Assembly: GCA_013115145.1 (NCBI GenBank)
Contig: JAAPAO010000183.1
Span: 1-56,866 of the forward strand
Source of the DNA: Perkinsus chesapeaki ATCC PRA-425
Taxonomy: Eukaryota > Protista > Perkinsozoa
Direction of reading: 5' to 3'
DNA length: 56,866 nucleotides
How positions within the stretch are numbered: the stretch's first letter is position 1; every line of letters starts with the position of its first letter. The notes beneath the pieces are model-generated. The model searched no databases and was not told the origin of the DNA. It saw only the letters and a list, made by a program, of their open reading frames with translations. This document shows, one piece after another, positions 46,567 through 56,866 of the stretch. The position numbers were made by a program, and so were the translations under genes.

Positions 46567-47700
46567 CTACATAACATCCGCTTTTGGCAACTTGAGAACA
46601 TACAAGTCATGCTGGGATGAACCTGATTACGGAAAACTGAAATATAACAGAAGGAAGTGCATGTTACCACCAGAGGCCCTCAGGAGGTACAGTACGCGAC
46701 ATCTAGAGATGCGCGGTCTGGAGTCCAGACCGCGCATCTCTAGGGTAAATTTTTTTTGTCGAGTTAGAGCGGGGCAAGCTCGATTTATGGGTAATCGAGT
46801 ATGAAGAATTCAATAGAAAAGAAATTACCTCGAAATTCGACATACTTATCGATAGTTTTGCCCGTCCAGACCGCGCATCCCTAGATGTCGCGTACTGTAT
46901 ACGATTGCTGTTTCCTTTTGCCTCTGAGAAATTTCCCTAGCAAGATTTCGGTTGCATCTTCACACTTTAAACATTCCTCCATCCTCGAGGAGGAAAATCA
47001 CACTCTCGTGGGGCTTGATGAAACCCTGTCGCTAAGAGCTACCCGGGTCTGCTCCCACAAACTCAAATCCGTTGTGTTTCACGTAAAGACTTCTAGCGGC
47101 TTCATTGAATTCGGTGTCCCTTTCAATCTTCAAGTAGGCCGCTATAACGTTCGGCCACTTCTGTCGTATCTTGCACGTGAATTGGTAAATTGCTGACATA
47201 ATAATAATGGTGACATACATCTTCCAAAGCTAATGGTAACATTTTAGATGCTACTCCTTTATTTTGCCAACCTTTGTCTACCTCAACCCATTCAATATAA
47301 ACAACATCATCACCCTTCCTTTTTTCAGCACTGAAAAATACAACGTAATTTATCACGAGCCGTGAAGGTTATTTTTACAGTTGCTTCAACACAGCTTCTG
47401 TTATGTTTTGGGCAAGTTTGGAGTAGACAACTCCTTTAACATTCTGGAATCAGCAGTGCTAATATTCCGCCGCGTGTTCGCGCCACTTACTTCCATTTTC
47501 TTCCCCCCATGAAGGACAGCTCCGAAGACAAGTTCGCTTCCAAGAATCAAAGTCTGACCGACTTCCTCGGCACTCAAACGCCTATAATCAAGATCATCAG
47601 TACTTAGTTCGGTTAGTGGCTTAGACTGTTTGGCTGATTTTATCGATAATTGATAAGTAATGTTGATAAGACAGATGATAAGGAGAAGCGAAACTCTCAT
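46567..47700 (-). CDS. Secreted GNAT-family acetyltransferase-like protein (multi-exon)
   Basis: Leader MRVSLLLIICLINITYQLSIKSA; YIEWVEVDKGWQNKGVASKML; IRQKWPNVIAAYLKI...NEAARSLYVKHNGF; last exon GSSQHDLYVLKLPKADVM*. Confidence 0.87.
46690..46897. mobile_element. 208-bp MITE of Tc1/mariner type, in the last intron of the 47.7-kb GNAT gene
   Basis: 33-bp TIRs CAGTACGCGACATCTAG(A/G)GATGCGCGGTCTGGA with one mismatch, flanked by TA on both sides (46688-89, 46898-99). Confidence 0.88.
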
Positions 47701-48086
47701 TTATACCAATAACAGAATGATAACTGTCATTGTGGAAAAATTTTCACAAGTACCTAAAGGTGGTCACCAATAAAAGGAAGTTTTGTAAAGTTCTACGACT
47801 GCTCGATAACTTTTTAAGTATATTGGAAATACACACGCAACAGTCCAACAACGCAACACAATCTGCAGAGTCAACATCTGTAACACGTGATTGCAGCACG
47901 CAACATGTGACGCGGACAGGACAAGGGTGACACATTATTAAGAACATCACTTCCAAGATAAAGAAAAGAGACACCTACGACTATGCTGTGGTGTGCTCCT
48001 GGTTGAAGGAGGTAGGATACTTGTACAGATATATAGCTCGTCCGGAAAGGCCCGAAAAACACCACAAAACCTGAAGAAAACGGGAA

Positions 48087-48854
48087 TCAATAATATGCAT
48101 GCAGTACATCCTCAAGAAGGGGAGGTTTATCAGCCCTTGTAGATCTCAACAGCTTCCGAGTCCTACCTGGTTCCGTAATGGCGGTGAAGTTATGCTTCTC
48201 GTAGAAATGTACTCTAATTTTATAATACTTTTCGGCATCTTCATCACTATTGTCGACTTCCAAGTACACTGCTATAGTGTTCGGATACTTGTCTCGTATC
48301 TCACAGATGTAATCATTTATCGATGTAATCATTTGTATATATAATAATACATCTTTCAATGCTTTTGGTAACATTTTGGATGCCACACTCTTATTCCGCC
48401 AATCAGGATGTACCCAAATATAATCAATGAAAATAGCATCATTTTCGTCTTCCCTCTCAGGACTGGAAACACGATTTTGCCATGAGATAAATAACTAGAA
48501 TCACGTACAGTGCGGCTAGCACTGCCAGCGGGGCACGCCGTTCCTTGTACCACATCACATACCCAATCGTATCCTGACATAGTTGCCTAATACGTCTGAG
48601 ATGCATTCCTGGGAATTCACTTCCTTTCTGTTGATCTTCTTTCCTTTCTCTACAGCGGCAAAGTAGTGTCGCTTAGACATGAAATCTTTTTCCGTCAATG
48701 GTCTATATTCAAGATCGCCAGCAGTTAGCTCGGTTAATGGCTTCGACTGTTTGGCTGATTGTATCGATAATTGATAAGTGATGCTAATAAGACAGATAAT
48801 AAGGAAGAGGGAAGCTCTCATTAGTAATAATAACAAAATGACAACTGTTGTCAC
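48087..48854 (-). CDS. Secreted GNAT-family acetyltransferase-like protein (multi-exon)
   Basis: Leader MRASLFLIICLISITYQLSIQSA (ATG at 48821, in-frame upstream ATG at 48854); AIFIDYIWVHPDWRNKSVASKML; IRDKYPNTIAVYLEV...FYEKHNF. Confidence 0.85.
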
Positions 48855-49519
48855 AGGAGCGTACTATCTACAATACTTCGCGACCAACATTAGGGAAGAA
48901 CGGCGACCCACGGAGGAGGGCGAAGGGAAACAACGAACCTAACGATGGATAATAAGGAGAAAAATCGATTCGAATGCGAACCAGGAAACGGCGCCGACTT
49001 GTGCGAAGTAGTTTTCATCCTCTTGCTCGGAATGTGTGAGCCATAGCTCATTTGCTAAACGATTGTGAAGAGCTGCGGAATAATGAGCAGCGAACTGTGC
49101 GGGAGAGCCATAACCTCCTCATTGGTTTCGTTTTTATGTCAATAATATACAATATAACAGTAAGACACATCGACCACCATATGAACGTACCAGGTATATA
49201 GGGAAGCTTCCGATCAGCAGCAAACAGCATAATTATTCTTACAAGAGCAAATGTATTTTGCTATGATAATATTGTGATAGAACGCAACCAACTGAAGCAT
49301 GAACAACATCACACACATGATTAATAAATATAGAGGATTGCATAACATCATAAACGCGAGGCATGTGGATAACATTCAGCACTATCATCAAAGTGCAGTA
49401 TGATAAATATTAGTAATATGGGTTATTACTTATATGGTAAGGTACACATCAAATGGTGAAAAGGAGTCAATATAAAATGAATATAATGAATATTAATAAA
49501 GTAGGCATCTGTAGTGTTA

Positions 49520-50840
49520 TCATTTCTTCTTGCCGAGGGGAGAGTATTTGTATATGTACAGCTTGTTACCAATAAATTCTGAGAGGAATGCCGAATGTGG
49601 CCACGAGCTAGCGCCATCAACCCTACCGTAGTCTTCTCCAATATACTTGAATGTGCGACGATCCAACGGAGCAGCGGCAGTGTCACCACTCATAGATACA
49701 ACCACGAAGGTGAGCTCTGGATGCTGGGCCTTAATCTAAAACGTGGATACTCCTCAATGCATCATCACCATTGAGCTGCTGCAGTACGTAGTCCACCGTA
49801 GCCAATATCTTCTCAGTTCCTCCCACATCGCCTGGTTTGTTAACATATCTCAGGAAGGCGGTGACTTTCGAGACGACCATCTTTTGGCTGAACCAAATTG
49901 TCTTCCCAAAATGGAGGTAGGAAGGAGCGGCCTACATGTCTCTTCTTGCATCGGAGGAAATAGCTGGTAGAGACTGCAGGAGTTTCTGCTGAGCCTAAGA
50001 TGAGCCGGATGATACAAGGTAACTTCGTGGATTTACTTCGTATGAAGTGGGACTATCCATAGAAATGCATGACAGGAGGGAAGCATCTCGGAACGCAGGG
50101 AGCTTCAGACCACATGACTTGGGGACACTTCCTGTGTTTGCAACGGGGTAGTGGAACTTGTAAGTCCCTCCGTGACGTGAGTGGGAACCTAGTACACCGG
50201 CATCAGAATAATCACCAAAGCAGGTTGCCAATATGAGCCACAGGAAATAGGTAAAGGCAATAGTTCAGTCGGCTTCATATGGAAGAATGCGAAGTTAACT
50301 CACCATCCGGGAAAAATCCAAGAGCCTCAATCTCCTCCGAAGGGTCATCCGCAAGTACATACATATGGGCGATTTTCACTTCTGGCCACTTCTCACGCGC
50401 CTAAAATGACCAGCATTCGATAGTGAAGATTTGTGAGCCAGTACGTCAATGAGTGCTAGTGCTATCAACCTAGCTTCAATCCCTTTGTTTTCCCAATTCT
50501 TACGAACAGAAAGGAAAAAGTGAACGACTTGAGGATTCTCTTGAGTGGCTTCGACATATCCCACACTCTGAAATGAATTACTTACACTTGTTAATCATTC
50601 AGCTACCTCCTTCCCGTTTGGTGATGGAGCCGAAGCTTTCAGGATAAATCTATCTGGAACTTCAGATGTAGAGGGAAAAAGCTTCTCTCTTTTCGCGGGT
50701 TCATATTCAAGATCATCAGCACTTAGTTCGGTTAATGGCTTAGACTGTTTAACTGATTTTATCGATAATTGATTAGTATTGTTGATAAGACAGATAATAA
50801 GGAAGAGGGAAGCTCTCATTGATAGAATGACAACTGTCAT
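49520..50840 (-). CDS. Secreted GNAT-family paralog, divergent, possibly with two GNAT-like domains
   Basis: Leader MRASLFLIICLINNTNQLSIKSV; FFLSVRKNWENKGIEARLIALAL; AREKWPEVKIAHMYV; second set IKAQHPELTFVVVSM...FKYIGEDYG|gt and GNKLYIYKYSP. Confidence 0.7.
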
Positions 50841-51413
50841 GCTTCATGGATTGGATGGTGACACGCGATGATGCGGAGAAGCAAGAATGACACTCCTTGG
50901 GACCCACTTAAACGAGAGCCAGACTAGTGCAAGGTAACCCAATACCCACTCGAAGAGATCATAACCATTCAAGAGCTCCAACGGAATTAACGAGTATGCC
51001 CGAGAAAGCTATGAGGGCATCGCAGCCGTCTCGTCTCCAATAATCGATGGCGCGCGCCAACCAATCTCCGGCGGAGATTATCTGCACAATTATTGATCCC
51101 CTAATAAAATATCCTCCTTTGGGGGATACAGCGAGCGGGAGGCGAGGGCGAACGCCTCTGTACTAATAAAGGTTCGTTACTAGTAGACCACGAAGCAATC
51201 TTGGTCTAGGTCCGACAGTTGGGATCAGCCACAACTCTGCAAGCTCTATCAATCTCAACAAGGCCTTCACAGTGCTCTTAATTCTCTACCAATAGAGCTG
51301 AAATGCTAACACACGAGCATTTCTGTTATGTTCGTCGAATGCACAATATCAAATAGCCATCACTAAACGTGCCGTCCCGCTCTCCAACTCAAGACGAATG
51401 ACACCAAGAAAAA

Positions 51414-54400
51414 TCAACTTCGTCGAAATTTTTGCATTATGCGTTTCAGCAGACTTTTTTTATTTGAACTCGCCGACTTCTCTCGGATCTCCCGCCGAGC
51501 CAAAGTTCGGTAAGCACCGCTGAAGAATATCGTGAGCACAGTTGTGCTGAGGGCAATGACGTTAAATGGCATACTGAAGTCTGGCATGGGGAGCATCACC
51601 AGGAGGCCGTTTGTGAACCTAAAAAATGTAAACGAATTCCAGAGCTGTCCCATTCTGCACAACACATATTCGGAAGATTCTCGTAATGCTCTTCAAGATT
51701 TATCTCTATCGAGAATAACGGAATTGGACTCGGTTCAATCTTTGAGGAATATCAAAAATCTTCACTTCTAGAATATAATATCTACTGTATATGATCCCAT
51801 CATTCCTCATCTCTGTTTTGTTATTTTCCATTAAAAAAACTTATAACATCTATGTATCTATTTGGTACGCTGTATTCCAGCCAAATGTGATATTCAATCA
51901 ATCTAACTTAAGCCAAAATATATTGTGATAGTCGTGCCCCAGTAACACAATTATTGTCTCCTTCAACCAAGCTGAAGTTGCTCTAGCGTTAAGTGCCAAT
52001 CTGTATGCAGTAAGATAACCTCTTTGGATCCACTAATCACACCAAGCCCGATCGAATTGATAACCAGTTACACGATCGCAATAGAGTCAAAAAATGATAA
52101 ATTTTCCAATTCAAAAACCGTCAAACGTTCCAGATGATCTTACCCAGTGTGTTTATCATCTTCATCATCACCTATTGTCACTTCGTACATCGCAGCTTCC
52201 ATATCAAAACCCTTCTCGCAGGCGTATGAGTAAGACTTAGTGTGAATATGCGATTTCAACACAGGCACCCTCATTTGCCATTCTGATCCACCTGCCACTT
52301 CTACACTCACGTGGAACGAGCTCGCTGTCTTCCAATGATCAGTTGGCTGGAGTTGGATCAAACCCATATTCAATTTCTCGACCTCGCCCGAGTCACCAAT
52401 TTGAACCCCCTTCGAATGCCATAATGGTCGCAAGAAAAATGGCAGCTGGTCGAACACCGAAATTTTCGCCGTTTCATTTCCCCGATTTTTGAGGCTCAAA
52501 AAATACACCGCTCGCACTCGATCAGGATAAGCTTCATCAGCAAGGAAACCACCATCTCGTAGGAGCGATCTCGTCACAGTTACTGGCGGTGGCGGATAAG
52601 GAGGTACCTGAGAGGCGCTCTTTCCGACCTAGAAAATATCTTTTGCCGACGGAACTGTGTTCTCCTCCGTCCGAGAAGATTAAGAGCAGAACTCTACCAG
52701 GAGCATCTCTTCGCAAACTTTCGATTCGCAATCTGCGGCATATAAGTTAACGAAAACCTAACGAGGCCGCGATCTACTACAGTAGCGTGACATTGCACAA
52801 TTGAGGTTTGAGAACGTAACTATCAACCAGAGGTCGATTGGGACTGTCCCTGCGTCTTTCCATCATGCGCGACGCTGAACTTCCGAGAGTGGCCAGGATT
52901 GCCCCATGTTTCCGATAGAAAATATTATTCTGTGGAAACTACCGGACCCACGAGCTTACCAGCAGACAACCAATTAGCATGTAACTCACACTTCCGAGGT
53001 ATCTTCATGTCCCTTCAACTTGAGCGGAAAATTTCTGAGCGAATTCCTTTCGATTTTTCACAACGTGAACAAAATTTTCGGCAGCAAAAATTTCAGAAGA
53101 ATTTTCCCCGCAGACCTACATTCGTTATTTTCGCGTTCTCCATTCCTATAGCAGGACACGGCCGAGATATGGAAGTCTGGAAGTCCATGCCAACAAGTCG
53201 ACGAGCCAGCGCGGAGTCTGGTTCCAGTTGCACTGTGAGCCGAGCGGTCATCCTCATCAGAGACTCTTTGCCATCAGTGGCAGTTTGAATCGAGCCCAAA
53301 AGCCCCAACGAGAAGAATTCACCTAAAAGCCGACGAAGTAATAAGCAATTTCTTTCTTCACGGTATTAGATTCTGCTGCCACACAATCGGCTGTCCCCTT
53401 TTCCCAGAGTAAGTGCTGTGCAACACTACCAATGAGACATATATTCACCAAACTACCGCAGCAACAGTGGATCAGGTAAAACGGTCAGTAGGACGCGAAA
53501 TCGGTTTTACTGTAGAAACAAACATTCCTGCAGAACGCCACTTCCATGGAAAACATTGAAGTCGGGATCTACAAGTCCTGACTGATCCAAACAGTTTTTT
53601 ATGCAAGTATTTCTAGAAAATTCTATTGAAAAAACCGTGTATGTTTTGATGCGACTACTATTCCCGCGCAAAGTTTTGGGCGAGCGAGTTCTCCAAAAAA
53701 GCGTTTGAAACAGTGTTCTGAATCACCGTAGTTCTCCAGCAAGCTTTCTGTAAGAATTTTATCCATCTTAGCGCCACCAGAACATAACCATTAAAATTAT
53801 TGATCTCTCGGAACAGATTAAATTTCAACAAGACAACTATAATCAAATCCATAACTCCAGTAACTTAGCGGCGACTCTCCGTCAAATGGCTTACTTGCAG
53901 CGAACTCAATCTTAGATGCTTCAGCGCCCATCAAAACTGATGCCAAACCGAGGCGATCAGAGCAGGGTAGGACTGCCAGCCAAGGGGTCAAATTTTCCGT
54001 ACCTGATGAAAATCTTCTTAATTTCGAATTTCTTCATTCCTGTGGATCACCGGACAGCCGCGAAGGAGCACGAAGCGGCTGGAAATGAAGTTTCGGCCGT
54101 TTCCAAATGAATGAAGGCAACTCGTGACAAAAATTCTTTCGACGACTTCACCCAGAAATGACATCTTACAAGAACCAAACGATAAATTTCGGACGACCTA
54201 ATTTCCATCGAACTTTCAATTGAGATTGATCAATGAAATATGATTAATATCTAAAGTGTTGTAAGTTGAAGTCTCGATGTAAACTCTTTCACTGAATTAA
54301 GAGCCCCCTCAGTGCAGAGCCGATAATGATGGCAGTGTCTAAGCGTAGAGTCTACGCTGTTAAGCATAATACATCGGAGAGAAATACGGCACGGTTTCTT

Positions 54401-56753
54401 GGAGGAGAAATTCAATTAGCTGGGGATCGAACCTCTGCTTGAATGAGAGCGCGTGTCGGTCGGTGTATGCTGGCGAGCGCCAAGTTGACCCTTGATTGCC
54501 ATCAAGGCATCATCACAGTGGTATATTTTTTCACCCTTGATGTTGGGGGACTAGAGATAAGACACCTTGACTGTGAGGCTAGCGCTCGGACAGCTTGCTC
54601 ACACTAGTCAGGCTCTGACCCTCTGGTCTGTTCCGCCCATCTCGGCGCTCGGGCTTCGGTCCGCGGGCTTGAGATTGGTCGACACCTCTCCCATTTCCAG
54701 GAATTCATTCTATTGAGGAATAGCTGAGACTTGAAATTTTTCGAGAGTCGCTCTGGCAGGTGAGGAACTTCCACCGATAAGAGTGTTGAAAGTGCCACAT
54801 ATGTATGAAACGAAAGAGGGCTTTTATAATAACTTCACAGAACCTGTAAATAGGTCCTATTTCCTATGATCACCGAACACGAGCGTGATGCCAGAAGGGT
54901 GAGTTCGATGAATGCAATGGGTTACCTACAGGTTGGCTCATACGGGAGTCCTTTCCACATCACTCCTTCGGGCGTGACAAATGGCCTTATCCAAGAGAAA
55001 CTGTCATGACTGGGATCTGAAGTGAAACAGCAGAAGTTCTATCCCTTTCAAGGCAACCGAGTAAAACACTTCAACCCCCGTAAGTTCAACTAGCACCTTT
55101 TGCGAGCAAAAAAGCCCTTGGAAACGGATGGCCGAAGCCCCTCCGAGCCGGAGAGAAATACTCTCCCTTGTCAATTATTTCGGCATCAGGCAGAATTTTT
55201 GACAAAATTTCCCGGGAAGATTTTGCCGGAAAATATGCTACTATACTGACTAGACCAAATAGGAGACACGAGATGCATTCTTCCAGACCTCAAATCTCCT
55301 CTATGACATCCGGAGGGATATACGAAGGTAAAGGAGCTCTGTTGGAAAAGTTGAGATATGTCTCTCCATGTCTAGCCATCATGATTTTAAAAATAGGACC
55401 TTGTCAATCTATGCGCGCTTCGCGTGAGTTTCTTAGGCCGTTTTAGCTCGATTAAACATTATGTCCAGCGCGTGTAGATCTCAAACTTGAGGTCTGTTGG
55501 TTTAGACTCAACTTCAATCCTATGGATGCTGCTGACTTGCCATAATAATTTCTACCCGTCCTCAAATGGCTAGATCAAACTAAGCATATCTAACCTCATA
55601 ATTTATATATTATTAATTATCCAGCAGATTATTATATTATTAATAATGTAATATACTATCTACATTTAACAAGTCTATCACCTCCCCCGCTTACCCATCC
55701 CCTCAAAGCTCGCTCCAAGCACTCCACTCAACGACCACGCCAATCTTCGCCATTTCTCTTCTTTCTCCGAGTTACCCATTTTTGCCATCATTATCGCTCC
55801 CGGAGGGAATCTAAATTACTAAATTTAATCCAGCATCAGTCGCCATACAATATATTCATCTGGTCATTACTGTATAATTATGACATTATATACTGTATAC
55901 TACTTTACTATATATATTACTACTGTACATCTTTGGAGACGTCTTTTGAGCTACTGAAAACGAGTAACGCAATAATCTCTTCACAGATAGACTCCTCTCG
56001 TTGGGCTCTACAATCGGTATTTGCCTCGGGGCATTCCAATTTTCGGCGCCATCGTGCGTTCGTGGCGCATGCCTCTGAACCTAGTAACTTTACTGCTGTA
56101 GGGACCGTAGCCGTATCTTGGATCAAGAACTCACTTATTTTCCGAGCTCCCTTCCCCAGTCGCGAGCCTCCCCCACCTTATATGCATATAACATTTATAT
56201 AAGCTCATTTGTCAAGTCCCCCAAACCACAGTATTACATCGTTCTCGGACTGCCCATTTTCGCTTTCCAAACTCCTCGAGTGAGATGCGCCTCAAACCCA
56301 GCTTCAACCTCAGATTCGCCAAGCATATCCAATATGTTTCCAATACCTACGAGGAATATCCTGGCGCGTGACTCCGTCATATGTCTCCGGTAAAAGAGAA
56401 CCATTCCTGGGCTGAGGACACTGTAAAGATTCGTTTGTTTTCTCGTCGGTTGCGAGAAAGTTGATTCACACCTCGTACATCGAATAGCCCAATCATACAT
56501 CATCTAGTCAGCTTGTCAGATGATTAATAATACCGAAATCGCTACTCCTTGAATCATCTTCATCTTCGCAAGTGCTCACAATCAACATTCTTCCGGTTTC
56601 CCCCCATCTACTACCCCTCGGAAAGATATCATACTTATTTCCTTCCCCGGCCATTCTGGTACTATTTACCGTCATCTCGTATACGACCTGAGAGAGAACG
56701 TGTTTATGCTCAAATTCGAAATTCACGTCCCTATCTGATCGCTGTTGCCTCAA
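51414..56753 (-). CDS. PIGT: GPI transamidase component PIG-T / Gpi16 (multi-exon; 5' end at or beyond the window edge)
   Basis: KYDIFPR; EAHLTRGVWK; WRRLAWSLSGVLGASF; GLPYEPT|CTENLTPWLAVLPC; SRPCPAI; VFDQLPFFLRPLWH; CEKGFDMEAA; LLVMLPMPDFSMPFNVIAL followed by a TM segment. Confidence 0.93.
56104..56127 (+). other. Degenerate spliced-leader-like sequence (antisense, inside a predicted 39-nt PIG-T intron)
   Basis: ACCGTAGCC-gt-ATCTTGG-a-TCAAG versus the Perkinsus 22-nt SL ACCGTAGCCATCTTGGCTCAAG: 21/22 identities with a 2-nt insertion. Confidence 0.55.
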
Positions 56754-56866
56754 TTCTCCTCCGTATCAGAATTCCTATCAAAGTAGTACCATATCCTATC
56801 AAACTCCTTTCTATTATATCTCCTCCTCCGTATCACTAGTAACATATTTCCTATCAAACTCCTTTC

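Noticed and set aside
46940-47040. Stop read-through extension of the 47.7-kb GNAT (PGSS*RQG...LLED)
   Set aside because: A GT donor at the family-conserved position and a downstream exon (GSSQHDLYVLK) explain the structure better as an intron.
54422-54438. GGTTCGATCCC B-box/T-loop-like motif on the minus strand (possible tRNA or SINE)
   Set aside because: The T-stem pairs at only 2 of 5 positions; no A-box, acceptor stem or cloverleaf was found.
56756-56866. Imperfect direct repeats (TCCTATCAAACTCCTTTC x2, CTCCTCCGTATCA x2) at the right edge
   Set aside because: They lie at the very end of the window, where the PIG-T frame also breaks down; a read-end or assembly artefact cannot be distinguished from a real repeat.

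Overview
This is eukaryotic, intron-rich genomic DNA, most consistent with a perkinsid alveolate (Perkinsus-like). That assignment is an inference from the short GT-AG introns, spliced-leader-like 16-24-mers and gene content. Nearly all host genes lie on the minus strand. Contents from left to right: (1) seven intronless, signal-peptide-bearing S1/P1 nuclease paralogs in tandem (1-13.6 kb), with an eighth, GPI-signal copy at 31.3-32.3 kb; (2) an intact, very young 5.6-kb LTR retrotransposon with identical 187-bp LTRs, a 4-bp TSD and a single gag-pol ORF, inserted 142 bp upstream of a nuclease start codon; (3) a multi-exon GH20 beta-hexosaminidase-like gene whose catalytic Asp-Glu is replaced by Asn-Gly; (4) a dispersed family of at least 6 signal-peptide-bearing GNAT acetyltransferase-like genes; (5) a multi-exon Deg/HtrA serine protease; (6) a hypothetical gene with a 27-bp coding tandem repeat spanning an N gap; (7) a Tc1/mariner-type MITE; (8) GPI transamidase subunit PIG-T. 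The strongest candidates for undescribed biology are the secreted GNAT family, the modular diversification of the nucleases (6-Cys tail, GPI tail, charge-reversed copy, loss of the catalytic basic residue), the GH20 pseudo-enzyme, and the BEL/gypsy-mosaic retrotransposon without a canonical PBS. Exon boundaries of intron-containing genes were read by eye and are approximate. No rRNA, tRNA or CRISPR array was found.
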